Positions 11,591 through 25,485 of a stretch of 64,000 bases of DNA are shown one piece after another. Positions within the stretch are counted from its first letter, which is position 1, and every line of letters starts with the position of its first letter. Source of the stretch: Gnetum montanum (taxonomy: Eukaryota; Plantae; Gnetophyta); NCBI GenBank assembly GCA_015680685.1, contig MNCI01000952.1, forward strand, positions 370,963-434,962. Direction: 5' to 3'. The position numbers were made by a program, and so were the translations under genes. The notes beneath the pieces are model-generated. The model had not been told where the DNA came from and searched no databases. It saw only the letters and a list, made by a program, of their open reading frames with translations.

Positions 11591-12659
11591 ACCAACTGAT
11601 GAGCGACGAGGTACCCCTATGCTCAACCATACGAATCACAAGTGTTCATACACGATCTAGTTGAATTTCGTGGATGGGACTAGTTGTGGTATCGAAATCG
11701 TTATTCTTTTATCATAGTTCATTGTTTTCCCACTTAGACTAGTGGTAGCTTTGTCATGTATGGTTTACGCCAAAGTGAGGCATATGATGTTGTCTAATTC
11801 TACTTTGCTCCTAATGATGATAAAGAGATAAATTAATTAAGCTAATGAAAAATAGAAAATAGGATCTAAACTAGCCTAGGTGTGATGAGTATTCACTCTT
11901 AATCATCCATGTATGTCTTGGACTTTATGAGACTACTTCTAGGGTTGCCAAGCGCATGTCATTGGGTGTGCCAAACAATACATTGCTGTATTACCAAGTA
12001 CTTACACTTAAATGTTAGTGAATAAGGTGTATGCATTCCACTTAATGATAGGAATAGCAAATTAAAATAAATGGAAACATTTAACTAAAGAAAGTAGTAA
12101 ATACTTTACAATTAAAAGTAATCATAATCGAAGTGGATTTTGCAATGATGGAAGTAATCCCAATCTTTATTGCTAGTCATGTAATGTGTCCAAGTACGTC
12201 ACGCTCGAACGAAGGTGCCATAAAATTACAAACATCACATTGTGGGCATGCACTAGGAATAACAAAACTCTAAGAAAGACTAGCAAAAATCGAAAACTAA
12301 AAACTATCTTCTCTACTGCTTATTACCTTCCACCCTATGCACCCAAGTGCTATATTTATAGGCTAGCGTAAAGGAGATGACATTGAATATCTGACATCAC
12401 TTCCTACCCCTGACATCGGGTACCCAACATTGAGGCTTCGACATTGGGGCTTGACAAATCATGACTCATCATATCCCCACAACTGAATGAAAACTCACCC
12501 TTGAGTTAAACAAAATGAGGAAGAACTTCTTTACAAAATATTGAGAAGGTATGGGATTATTGACTGACTCAAATAATAGACAAAAAAATTGACTCTTGCA
12601 TGTTGCAGTGGTGTAATATAAAAATGGGACACAAAATTACAAGACAAAAACTAGGAAGC

Positions 12660-15400
12660 TCATGTGGTGCTTGAAGGCGATAGCTCCTCCATTGGTTGCT
12701 TCCCTTTGTCTCTAGGCTTTTGAAATTTGTAACGATTCAGCAATGCTTGCAACTTCTCCTCTTCCATCCTTGGGTCATGTACCATCTAGGCTACTAAGCT
12801 GATGTGTGCTGGCATCGGTACATCCCAAGGACATGGCAATTGCAAGAACATCTGATTTACCTTCACATATGAAGCCACGAACTGTCGTCATTCCTCCTCA
12901 AAGGCCCTAGCTTTGTCTCTAAGTTCATGATAATCTATTAATTTTCTAGCTAGGTTTGAGATGACATCCTTCTATTCCTTGTAGCTGGCTTTAACCACTT
13001 CCAATTCTAAGTTTGCCACCTACAACTTCTATAAAGCATCCTTTCAATCTGCAAACTCTTTCTCATATAATGCATAAGTGGTTGCTACTTATTTTTCTAG
13101 CTCATTTTGAGGTTAGCCTGTTGTTAACATGGCAAGGTTGCCATATCTGAGGTTAGCCAATGCCATATATTCTTTCAAATCTTCTATCTTCAGGTCTTTA
13201 TTCTTGACTTCCACTTGGTGGACCAAGGCATAACTATCCAGAATTGGCTACCACTCAGGATTTTATGTTGATAAGGTGCCAAAGTGTGTTGTAGCAATCT
13301 AGATCTCTTTTTCATTTATCCACTTATACATGCTTACTTGGTCATGGAAGTGCTGCTTCAATTTCTCATGTTTCTTGGTCACATTCTACCATGCGCTAAT
13401 TTCAATTACTGATTTTTGATGAATAGCATGGACCTCCTTCATTGAGAGGGTTTTGTTCTCTTTGGCTAATCTACTAATATCCTGGTTAACCCTCACTAGT
13501 TGTTCTCTCAACCAATGGATGCTTTCTTCTAAGATGTTCTTTTGCTTCTCAACTGTGGTTCACCTTGAATTTTCTACGACAAGCTGCTTTTTTTCTTCTT
13601 ATGTGATTGTCAATGCCTTTTTGTATGCATGGGATTATGTGTTAATAGCAGATGCATTCCAGACTACTGTCTCTTTTTCTTGTTCTATAGTTGCTTTCTC
13701 CTTAGTTAGCTTGACCAACTACTTCGTGCTGAATTGTTCTAGCTAGTTAGATGCAACAAAATGGATAGGGTCCCATTGTTTAGCTCTCAGGGCAACCAAC
13801 TCTTATTGTAGTCTTTGTATTTTTGCTTTTGCATGCTCTACCCTAACTATAGCCATGACCAACTTTTCTTTTGTGGCGATGAGGTCTAATTGTGCTGCAG
13901 TGACATCACTAGGGATGTCAAACAAAGTGGTCATCACTTACCCCATTTGTAGCATTTGATTAAGTACATCCTCATGCACCGAAAGAGTTATTGAAGTCCC
14001 GACCAGCATCTATGCATCTCTGGTTCTCGTTAGGTCTATCGGGGGCACAATAGGTACATTGAATGATTCCTTAATATGGTCTATGATTACTTTTATTGCT
14101 TTTTCCACATCCTCATGTTGCAATACCTCAACTGTGGCACCTTCTCATGTTTCAAGTGTTACTTGAAAGGATGCAGCATTCCCAAAGATTTGCTTGGACC
14201 GTTGGGATCCTCCTCCTCTTGATTGTAGCAAGATCTTCCCCTGTGTTAGATCAATTGAAACTATGGGCTATATGACATCATCCATCACTCTGAAGAGGTT
14301 GGACTCATCACTACTTCCCTAGCTGACAACTTCAGTAATATTCTATAAATGGCTCATTGGGGCCTGTAATCTTGTGGCAATAGTAGTGGTAGAGCTTGTG
14401 TTTGTGGGCATTATGTTTCAAGCCCACATTGTGTTTCTACTTCTGGTGTTGCCTCCTTCTTCGATTCTTATTCTTCACCAAGATCTTTTCTTGGTGCTGC
14501 AGGTTTAAGGAGTTCAATGAAGGAGGTGTTTTAAGCCTTCTTAGGGATATCATTTGTATATCCTAGGATTCCAGCACACTTACACAACCTTCTGATTAGG
14601 TAAGGGAATGGAAGCATTGGTTTCCCTACCTTCTTCTCTTCAACCCATTGTTGAATTTTAGTGAAGTAAAACTAAGGAAGATTGGTTGCAAATTTGTCCA
14701 TTAAAATAGCACTTTTCCTGGTTACATATGTTGAGATTCAATTGAGCCCCTTTGTCGGAAATAAGTGGTATGTTCCAATCTTGAAATACGTCCTCCCTTC
14801 TAGAGTCATTTCATTATACATTTTAGCCTCTTTGCCATATGCCCATTTCAGCCATAGTTTTTTGTTCTCAGGGTTAGATCTGGTGGACAAATGGGCTACC
14901 TTAGCTTCTTCATTTGGAAAATTAAGAGCTACAGTAGTTGCTTTAATTGAAAAAGAGACATTGACTCCAAAAATGTTAACAATTTTGCTCTCATCTTTAT
15001 TGTGCCAAAATTGATGAGTTTCACCCAGGTACCATTCGCCACTATCTAAAAGGATGGGTCACAAGAGAAACACCTTAAGTTGCATCTGGACCACTTCTGA
15101 AGTAAACTCCATGAAACCAAAATTCATTTCCACTATAACCAAGGTCAATGTGGACTTTTCTAGAATGGCCACAAGGTAATTAGGGGGCAACGTGAGACAT
15201 TGTCCCTTCACAGGGGCCTATGTTTCTATAGCCTTCCCTTAGACCATCTATCTAGTAGTAGGAGCCTCTTGGTGAATGTTGGATGATTGGACCTCTTGTT
15301 TTGTGTGTTTTACTTTTTTGCCTTGTTGGCCTTGGGCACCTTGTGGGTGCTTAGCTACTCTTTGCAAAGCTTCACCTTGTGCACCTTTTTTTGGGGCCAT
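12660..15400 (-). pseudogene. Extra (env-position) ORF of element A: plant transposon protein-like domain plus long probable coiled coil
   Basis: Starts MAPKKGAQ. Contains YLGETHQFWHN..VNIFGVNVSFS..LNFP and MLPFPYLIRRLCKCAGI, like the Athila/Tat extra-ORF domain. Ends DKGKQPMEELSPSSTT*. The stops checked are all C>T-type (TAG/TAA/TGA from CAG/CAA/CGA). Confidence 0.75.
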
Positions 15401-16779
15401 TTGCAATCAAGCAAAGATCAAATGTTACTAAGGTTGTATTTTTTATCATTAATCAATTGATACCTTACTCATTACCTTAGTTCATTAAGTTCTTAGTTCA
15501 TATGATTGTAGAGTTAGAAATATTTTCAAGAAAAATCCCCAAAAAGTATTTATCCCTTACATAACTTTACACAGTTGGTTCCTTTTTCCTTATATGTGGC
15601 TTGTTATGGTTATGGTCCCTTGGGTGGAAAAATTAAGGTTCCTAGCATTAATACAATTGATTTTTCATGATAACACTTAAATTTTTTAACACTCTTACCC
15701 TTATAATACCCTCTAGGAGATAGTAAATTTCAACAATTTGATGCAAGTTTCACATGCAAGCATCCCAACCAGCGCCCCCCCACCACGACTACCCTAAACA
15801 CTCCAAGTTCAGGTAGGTTCAAATGGTACAAAAATTGGAGCAGTAGGGAGCTAAATATCGCAAGTAGAAAGTGAGTGCACAGAGCTTTGAGCCGTGAGAA
15901 AAAAATTAAACAAATCCATGAGATGAGATGGCCTGTAGAAAGGATTGCAGAAATTGGGACATGAGGTGTCTTACCATGATCACAATGAAACCTTGTGTGT
16001 TATTAATGGTTAAATAATTAGAAGTCCTTCTTTCCAAGATTCAAACCAAGTCTAAACCACATTGTAGTGACATTGCATTTTTTCATCACATTGGCAAACA
16101 ACCATAAGACTATCATAGTTGCAAGGAGTAACATCACTTGGTATTTTTTTCCAAGGGAGGAGCTTGATTTATGGCACACACATTTTTTTATTTTTCACTC
16201 TCTTTGTTTTTTCGATTCTAAGAAGCCGCAAACTTTCAAGCATGGGTACATGTCTTTCTAGTGGGACTCATAGAAGTTTATTTAGTGTCATTTTAGGTTA
16301 CCATTACTCCCATTTTTCATTAGATCTACAAGGATATGGTTACAACCTTAGCAACATGATAGAACATACAAAAGTGGCCAAAGAGAATCCACAAGTCCCT
16401 TGATGTCACACCCTTTACATTTCACCTTGGTGTTGCACTCTTCTATCTAGACACAATGATTATGAAGTTATTTTTAGGTTGGATAATGGAAAAGAGTATC
16501 ATTATGACCAAGGCAAGAACCTCTTATTAATGGAATGGGTGGATAGATATCATGGTCTTAATGTTTGAATAATTAGTCCCTTATGACTTGACAACATAGA
16601 GAAAACCTCATCTCAATGGGCAACATGATTATTTTATTCACAAAAGAGATTACATAACAAAGAAAATGAACACAACAAATAAAAAAATTGGAAGAAATAG
16701 GAAAAATTGGATCAAGAAATAGAAAAATGACAAAAAATTGTAAAACAAAAAGATGAAAAACACTTAAGAATCCCGAAGA

Positions 16780-19277
16780 TTAAAATGTGGGGTGACCCCC
16801 ATGACTAAACATTTGGTCATGAAAAGGATTAATAAGTGGATAAATAGGATCCATGCATGTATGAAACACTAGTAACCATCCATGCCATAGCCACTAGGTG
16901 TCTATTGCCTGTGTGGTTGGTGGGTAGAAAAATTGTTGGTCACATACTTGATGGTTAAATGTATGGTGGGTCAGAGTATGAGGTGTGTTAATGTTATGGA
17001 TGTCTGGCCCACAATTGCACCCTTGATCATGATATGGTATGCATGGATTTATTTGTCTTCCCATACTATTAGATTCTTAGTTGGCTTTGGGATTGGAGTA
17101 CTAATGGAGGATGACCCTTGTGTATAATCAAAGGACGTTGGTTGAAGGAAGGTGGTGCACTGGATTGGAATTGTGTTAGCTCGAATGATGTGGTGGGTCC
17201 ATGCATGGTTTGCTTCCATTTATGACCTTTTTGCCAAAAGGGACATTTTCTACATTGTGGGTGAGACCCACTAGTGTCAACATGTCTATGCACATTTGCA
17301 ACACAAGTGGCATTTGCTTGTAGATATTGTGGTGCAAAACCTTCCTATGTCCTTGGTGGTGGCATATAATGAGGAGGAGTATGAGAATATCAAGAGTAGG
17401 ATGGATGGTAAGGGGCATGAGGGGGTGATCCTTTAGGGGATGTCATGGGTTGATGGTACTTGGGAGAGTGGTAGTGACGATTTGAAGTAGAGGATGTAGA
17501 ACTAGTTGGAGAAATAGGGTGTTGAACATAATATCCATGTAGTTTCGATGGATAGGGCTAATTTGATGGTGGCCTCCCCCATGACTGTTTTTGTTGCCAT
17601 TGCGGTTGATGACCATGTTGAGGCTAGTAATAAGTTCCCCTAGGATGGTATGATTGGTTGTGGGACTATTCTATAATTACCTTGTGGGAGAGGAAATCTC
17701 CCGGGCATGTGCTTTTGCACAAACTTCATATTTAAGGCACCTACCCAATACTCATGTAAATGCAACAAGATTGGGCAATGGCCCTTGATATGGTCATATA
17801 TGTAGATTTCACATCCATTATCTTCGTCTGTGGTTGAGTCTATAGCCTCACTTTCGCCAGTCACTTTTCTTGTTTGCCAAAAAGTGTTTGTGGTTATTTC
17901 TTGGTTCTATATCCTTTGTTGATTGTGATCACCTAGCTCATTTGGCATGACCCTCTTCTCAACCATCTCAATGAGAGTTGTAACATTTTCATATACCCAT
18001 TTGGACATCCTATTAAACTTTGCTTCAAGTTTATTAATAGATTTTTGTATTAACAAGGTTTGTTGTGGGATCACCCTATTGAGAGTGGTTTCATTCTCCT
18101 TACCACAAATCTAGACCTCCTTCTATTGAAGAGTTGGGTCCCATTGATATTTCTGGACATTCCCCCATTTGCATATCTCTCCTTCTTCTTTTGCCACATG
18201 CTCAATTAGCTCTTAGACTTGTTGGGCTTGGAGCTCATATAATTACCCTAGGGCATGCATCTCAAGGGTCTCCTTTGTTTTATTATAAAGCCCATCTATG
18301 ATGTGAAAAAGTTTCCTTTCCTCAAAGAAACAATGGCTTAGGAATCTATTCAGTAAGGCATAACATCTATCTAAGGCCATGTCTAAGGGTTCATGTTGTT
18401 CTTGCTTCCACTCTTGGATTTGGCTCCTAATATTAGACACTCTTGCATAGGTTTGGTATTTCTTGTTGAAAAGTTCCAACATTGTTGACCACCATTGGAT
18501 TGAATTTGGTCTCAACAATTGATACCATACTTTGGCTCTATCAATTAGTATCATAGGAAAGAGCTTAAGCTTTTTCCATCCATTGTCAATGTTGTAATAG
18601 ATATAGGCATCCTAGAAGGCTTGTAAATGATGTTTTATATCTAAATCATAGCCTCTTGAAAATTTAGGGATATTATTCATATCAAGCTTAGGTAGGCAAC
18701 TCTCTTTGTGATGCTTGTGAGGTATCTTAATGACCTCTGTGATATGCATTAGGCTCTTGGTGGCCAGCAAGGGTTCATCATCATTGAATAGGTTATGAGG
18801 AAAATTTCTATTTCTATTCATTTGGTCATGATAATGTTTTCTATGTTCATTGTGATATCTTTGACATTTCCCATGGGTTCGATTTTAATTTTTAGTCTGA
18901 CCCTTTAGTGAAGCCTTATCTCCATGCCTATGTTCATCTTCGTCAGAACTAGACATTGAAGGGGAAGAGGAAGATGAGGAACTAGAAGGATTTCCATGAC
19001 TTCTATGGTGTTTCTTAGGATCCTTTGATTTATCGTTCCTTAGTTTCAAGGAGTTTTTAGGCCTTAAGGCCTCCCCTAGTTTAGGACTTACATCATCTCT
19101 TCCAAGATTTTCTACCTTAGGTGAATGTAGTCTTTGAGTGTTGTTAGGGTGGTCATGATCATAAGAAACCCCTGCATAAAGTTGGTCACTCCAATTTTCT
19201 TCATCGTATATCTCGTTATTTCTCCAATGAATGCTTTTGCTATATAGTGCATTATCATTTCCATGTGAGAGAGACAT
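16780..19277 (-). pseudogene. gag of element A with conserved C-terminal tail
   Basis: MNNIPKFSRG..HHLQAF and AKVWYQLL..IQWWSTMLELFNKKY (Retrotrans_gag). CEIxxYDHxKGHCP knuckle. Ends TTQAIDT*WL..TCMD..FSHGGHPTF*. No DxG protease motif found. Confidence 0.85.
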
Positions 19278-20361
19278 TGTTGTTGGTTTATGTTGTGTGT
19301 GATTTAATATTTTTTGAAAGATATATCATTAATTTCATTACAACGATAATGTATGATATAACTAATCTAGATGACTAGCACCATTCTCTGGCAATGGTGC
19401 CAATGATGAGCAGTGAGGTACCCCTACGCTCAACCATATGGATCATAAGTGTTCATGTATGATTCAATTCAATTCCATGGATGGGACTAGTTGTGGTATC
19501 TAAATCATTATGCTTTGATCACAGTTCGTTGTCTTCCGACTTGGACTAGTGGTAGCTTTGTCATGTATGGTTTAGTCCAAAGTGAGGCATATGATGTTTT
19601 CTAATTCTACTTTTCCCCTAATGATGATAAAGAAATAAATTAATTAAGCTAATGAACAATAGAAAACAAGATCTAAACTAGCCTAGGTGTGATGAGTATC
19701 TACTCTTAATCATCCATATATGTCTTGGACTTCATGAGACTACTTCTGGGGTTGCCAAGCATATGTCACTGGGTGTGCCAAAAAATACATTGCTGGATTA
19801 CCAAGTACTTACACTTAAACGCTCATGATTAAGGTGTACACATTTCACTTAATGACAGGAATAGTAAGTAATAATAAATGAAAACACTTAACTAAAGAAA
19901 GTAGTAAATAGTTAACAATTAAAAGCAATAATAATTTAAGTGGATGTTGCAATGATGGGAGTACTCTCAATCTTTATTACTAGTCATGTAATGTGTCTAA
20001 GTACATTACACTCGAACAAAGGTGGTGTACAATTACAAACATCACATTGCAGGCATACACTAGGAATAATAGAACTTTAAGAAAGATTAGCAAAAACTAA
20101 AAACTAAAAACTATATTCTCTATTACTTATTACCTTCCACCCCATGCACCCAAGTGTTGTATTTATAGGCTAGCATAGAGGAGATGACATCAGATATTCG
20201 ACATCGCTTCCTAGCCCTGACATCAGGTACCCGACATCAAGGCTTGACAAATCATGACTCATCACCAACTTATAAATATGTATTTTAAGATTCAACAAAA
20301 ATTTTAACATTAGTAGAAAAGGTTGAGAGTAATATACAATCCCCCATAAGGGAGTTCTAGA

Positions 20362-20540
20362 GAAATAATATCCATTGAAGTAAAATCAAAGAGAGAAAAA
20401 TTGGATCTACTGAGAAAATCAAAATTACTGGAGAAACATCAAATCCATTGAAAAACATAAAGTTCATTAAAAATATCAGATATGTTAAAAAACATGAGAT
20501 GAGTAAAAAAATATCAAATCTCTTGAAAAACATCAATTGG
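20362..20540. repeat. Degenerate ~19-bp minisatellite (tgaaaaacatcaaatccat-like)
   Basis: About 8-9 imperfect units visible. Confidence 0.6.
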
Positions 20541-20547
20541 AGTAAGC

Positions 20548-21385
20548 TATAGAAGAATACAACAATGCCTCAAGTAGGGGCCATCATTTGAAGTTATTGT
20601 AAGGTAATTGTTTCTTAAGTTATAAGACATGGATCCGAACCTAGGTGGAGGGTGAGGAGGGGTTGGGAGGGGGAGGGAGAAAGGTGTTGGAACCTTGAAA
20701 TAATTATAATATAGGTACATGCCAAGATACATAGCCCAATTAGAACTTTATAACTTTAAAGAAAAAGTCTTGACTAAAGTTTGGTTGAAGACATCATGGA
20801 AAAAAAAATTTTATCTACATTCTGTTAGATGAGGTTTGTTATCTTGTACTCAAGAGTATATATTCTCAACTAATGAGCTTTCATCATCTCCTTATTGAGA
20901 TAGGTCGTTGGATCAATTTATTAAGAGAAGAGCATATTTTCAAATTGTGCAAATAAAGTATAGAAGATGAAGAACATATCTTTTTTATTTTGTCCATCTT
21001 TGGCTTACATTCAATTGAATTATACTATTAATTGTCATTTGTTGATTGCTTTCTTTAAAATTGACCCTATCCACTTGTGACATTACATTAATGATGTTTT
21101 CAACTTTTTTCAAAAATACGTTGAGGCTTTGTAATCATCCAAAAATTCCTTTGTGGTTTCTTGTACATAATAAAAACTTCTAATTTCTAGTTTCCATTTA
21201 TAACTTAGCATTGTCAACTAGAATTGAACCCATGACTTGGAACTTTTAAATCAAGATTCTTATCACTTAGCTAACATCTCATTGTTAAAATGTTGCCAAC
21301 TTGAGTTATACTGAAAGCATTATTATATTTTTCTATAATTCTTCTAAATTATCTTGTTGGCTATATGTCTTAGGATGCACTTATA
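20548..21385. repeat. Dispersed repeat with convergent tRNA-like cassettes B(+) and A(-), interrupted by a LINE fragment
   Basis: Cassette B at 20577-20642. Cassette A at 21280->21210 (TAGCTAAGTGAT / GGTTCAATTC). Inverted flanks tatagaagaatacaacaatgcctcaagta and its reverse complement at ~21308-21337. Confidence 0.6.
20757..21196 (+). mobile_element. 5'-truncated RTE-X-like LINE 3' end
   Basis: HHLLIEIGRWINLLREEHIFKLCK*SIEDEEHIFLFCPSLAYI (CCHC C-terminus). Tail ttctaa-tttctag-tttcca. Flanked by 10-bp duplication TTTATAACTT (20747-56, 21197-206). Confidence 0.8.
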
Positions 21386-21599
21386 ATCAATTTATCCACC
21401 CTCATAAAAAATAACAAAAAAATCATAATAAAAATGCTACTTAACATAGCATTAAAACTAAACTATTGGTTAAAAAAATAGTACATGCAATCATTTAAAA
21501 ACATACAAATAATATATTAATATGGTACACCATGAAATTTTCTTTGGACTAGTACAAAGGAGAGTAAAAATGTTTCATTAAGTTACATAAGATATGGTG

Positions 21600-24300
21600 G
21601 TTACTCTCATCTAAGCACATGGATAAGGTCTTTGAGATTTTGGTTCACATGTTCTCATTTTCATTGCCATGCTCACATGGGAAGTTTGGTCTAAGGTGGA
21701 GAAGCCTTGAGTTTAGTGTATGTACTATCTCTATAATGATATTTGGAATCTTAGGATTAAACCCTCTAAATTTTGGAAAACTATCAAGAAAGGAAGGATC
21801 TTTTTTCAATTCATGAATAAATGATTATTTAATGATGGGTTTGTCCCTATCAGAGACCTTCTAGTAGGGTATTTCTTAACTAAATTCAAAGGTGATGCTT
21901 TCCTCAAGTCATGAGATCTCTTTAATCCCATCATCTTGATTAGGTTTACAATTATTTCTTGAATGGTAACCCATGCATTTCTAATTTGAACACCACAAAG
22001 AAGGTTCAATCCTAACTTCAACATATTCTAGACATCCTTCTTAAATATGAATCCCAAGGATCTTCCCTTACCAATTTTCTCTTCTTTAATAGCAGTCAAC
22101 AAAAGCATTGGTTTTCTTCTTTATTTAAAAAGTCCTTTAAGGTGGCTCTTGGATACAAAGTGACATGAAAACTACATTTCTAGCACATGATTTAATCCTT
22201 CATTTAGTTTATAACTCATGTGATTATTCTAACCCATGATAAGCTTCAATGATGGTGTTTTAACATGGCTTTGTACTCCAACTTGTGCTATCATGAGGTC
22301 GAAATGATGGCTTACTTATTTAATAAATGTAACTTTTCCAAGGCACTAGTAAAATTCTCTACACATAGACTAACATCAATTGGAATTATTATTGGAGCAT
22401 GAAGCTCTCCAAATGTATCATGGCAAGTTACTATCATCTCTTCTCATTATGGGCAAACATGATTTGGATCATTTGGCTTAAGCATAATGTCTGAATTTTT
22501 TAAACACAACCCTTTAACTTCCCATATATAATTGTCTTCAAGGCATGGTGCCACCCTTGAAAAACATCATACAACATCATCCTTAAGTCTCAAGTTAGTA
22601 AGAAAAGGAGGTTGAACTTAAGATGGACCACACCTTAGTGTTTACAGTACCTAAAAGCACATAACGAGTCATTGTACTCATTAGATATTAGTTAGAAGCA
22701 TAGCAAGTATGCCTTATAAAACACACACATAATGACCTACGAAACATACACATGAGACACACCACAATAATATGATAAGAACTGATCCTACACTATGTGC
22801 ATTTAGCCTTATGCCCCCACATTGCTTAATTCTAGTTATGGAAATATTGTTACAATTGCACAATGGATCATGTTAATGTTTGCAAGTATCAAAGGCATAA
22901 GCCAACTAACTACTCCCTACTTGCAAATATTGGTTTAACTCAATATTATGGTAATCTCTATCTTTACCTTGCTCATTGGATCTTATAGGCCACCACTACA
23001 TGGATTGATGATAGTTTCATGGTCAATGGCATTTAGGTCAATGTTTTTCTAGAGTTGGTCATCACTGCCACTTGCCTTCCTAATAAGGGGTTTTCTACTT
23101 CGTGGATGAAATGTCAAGGTTTCTATATTGTTCAACATTATTTTCTTAAAGGCATGTCCACTTCTACTTAACATAATACTAACATGATGACCTTCGGGTC
23201 ACTTAGGCCAAACTTGCCTAGAAAATGATAAGATACCTTACTTTTGATTCCAAAGTTTCTAAGTTAACATGTATTCTATTAGGCTTGTATGTTTCTTTCA
23301 CCCTAGTAAATCTTTGAATATGGTTAATCTACCAGCATGACTCCTGTCAACTTTTTAGTGAAGCTTCATGTAGAAATGAGAACATAAATTCCATAGTTTC
23401 CCATTGTGAACATCTAACAAGGTTCATTGAGAAAATTTGGGAAATATAGCTTACTTTACTACACTCTTATTTGGCTCTCCTAGCTTACATTGACTCAATT
23501 TATCAAGTAAGCATGACTTAGCATGGATCTAATGGACTTGCAAGTTCTACACTAATAAACCTTTAGTGCTCTCTCACTCCATCCTCCCATCACTTAACTT
23601 CAACTACCTTGGAGATCACTCATTCTTTCATCATCTCCCCTAAGTAGATGATGCTTCTTGAATTTAGAAAATAGCTTAAAAGTGAAGCTTTTCATTTCTC
23701 TTAGTATCCATAGAAATTTTCTTATCACTCAGTTAGTGTCCATGTGATGTTTTAAACATCGTACAAGTCTAGTCCACATTGATCCTATTTGGTTCTTTCC
23801 TATGTCTTTTAGAAGTCTTTAGGACAAGTAGGAAAGCTCATCCTCCCTAGTTCTTATTGATAATATTTCAATAGAGCCTATTTCATTGATGGAACATGTT
23901 TAGGAGGTGGTTGAAGGGTTCCTTTCCTCTTTGGCTTCCTCTAATTTGGCTGTACTTATGCATGTTTGCAATAGGGGCTTCTCCGCTTTTCTTAATATAA
24001 TCATCAAGTTGCATGGTTTAGGCTTATGGTTACCCCATTTTGTGCAACATTATGATTCATTGTAGGTTTTGTGGAAGGATCTCTATTCCATGTTTTGGGA
24101 ACCACTATCCCTTTTGATGTATGCTATTTCTACTTTCAATGACATCCTTAACACCTAGATGCTTCTCCACCAAGCTTCACCAATGATTTTGGCTCTTCCA
24201 AGAACTCGTTCTAACCTGATTCCCTATGAAACATTTAGCTTTAGTAATTCTTATTATTGTGTTACCATGGAAAATGCTATTGATGGAACATGAAGATCTA
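21600..24300 (-). mobile_element. Highly degraded retroelement-like sequence (possible gag/protease remnant)
   Basis: CpG-depleted, coding-like composition with only faint motif remnants. No termini found. Confidence 0.25.
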
Positions 24301-25485
24301 ATGATGACTAGATAAATTTGTTAGATGATCTTCAGTAGCTATAAAGCTATGTTTTTTGTTAATGTCTCATATAGCTTGTTGACTAATGTTATTTCTTATT
24401 TGACTCCTATCATACTATATAGCTATTTGTTTGGATTTATTTTGGTGCCTCATTGATACATAAGTAATTAGGTTTTTTACATGTAGGCTTCATTCTTAGT
24501 TTTTGATGTCTCCCAAGTATTTTTGTTTCAATGGCTTAGTATTTTTCCTTATTGCTTTTATGAATATATTTCTTGGTTCATTAGGTTTATTTCTTATATT
24601 AATATAATTGGCCTAATCTTTCCTTTGTAAAATATGGTACAACATAATTTTTAATAATATTTATAATTAAATAAATACAATTAAAATTAATATATGGATC
24701 AAAAGCTAATAATCTAAATATTTTTTTAAAATTATATAAATGAAAATTATGTCAAAAAAATGATCCTAGCAATACTTGCTTAACCTTAAACAAATCTATA
24801 GAAGCAAAGTTATTCATATTTGAAATTTTTATAAAAAGGATAATATTTGATCTATTCTGTAGGGTGTGGCCCCCTTTATGTATTTGACAACCTAGTTTTT
24901 GTAATTTGCTTAATGTCTTGTCTCAAGTTTGTCTCTACAATTTTTGAAATGTTGATGTTAGTTCATTAGGACTTAGATGCTACCTCTTGCACTTGGCCTA
25001 CTAATAGCCTTTTCTTTGTACATTTTTTTTCATTCTTAATATAATGTTTTTTGGGGTTTTTTTAAGAAAAAAAAAATAATATTTCATATTAATGTCATGT
25101 TAATAATTATATTATTATTTTTTCCAAATTTATAGCATGTATCAAAATGAAAATAATTCTTACAATGACTCAAATATGATGGTAGAGATAAAATATTTAT
25201 AATTATGATATTTATTTATTTATGTAAGAAAATAGGGATATGCTCAAACGTCTAAATATCACATAATTTCATAATCTACAAGAACATAAAACATAATTAT
25301 TTTTACATTCCAAAGACATTATGGATTATCAAGTGAAGCCTCAATGCTTATCTTATTAAGTGGATCCAAGCAGGATCAGTGGATAAGCAAAGGCTTAACT
25401 TCTTTGAGTAGCTATACCTTGTCTTTAATGCAAATATTTCAATTTGAGAAACTAACACTTTATCATCACTCTAAATGATGGTTAT

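Larger units (their letters stand above)
11597..20264 (-). mobile_element. Element A: full-length non-autonomous Athila-like LTR element (gag + extra ORF; no PR/RT/RH/IN seen)
   Basis: LTRs 19404..20264 (5') and 11597..12471 (3') with TGATGAG..CTCATCA ends. TSD CCAAC on both sides (11592-96, 20265-69). PBS TTGGCACCATTGCCAGAGA. PPT ttgtggggata next to the 3' LTR. Confidence 0.95.

Noticed and set aside
20362-20540. Periodic repeats as a possible CRISPR-like array (also the arrays at 140-335)
   Set aside because: Units are degenerate and adjacent, without unique spacers. Eukaryotic TE context with no cas genes.
21210-21280. Functional tRNA gene
   Set aside because: A/B-box-like motifs are present but stems do not pair into a cloverleaf. 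It is part of a decayed dispersed repeat.
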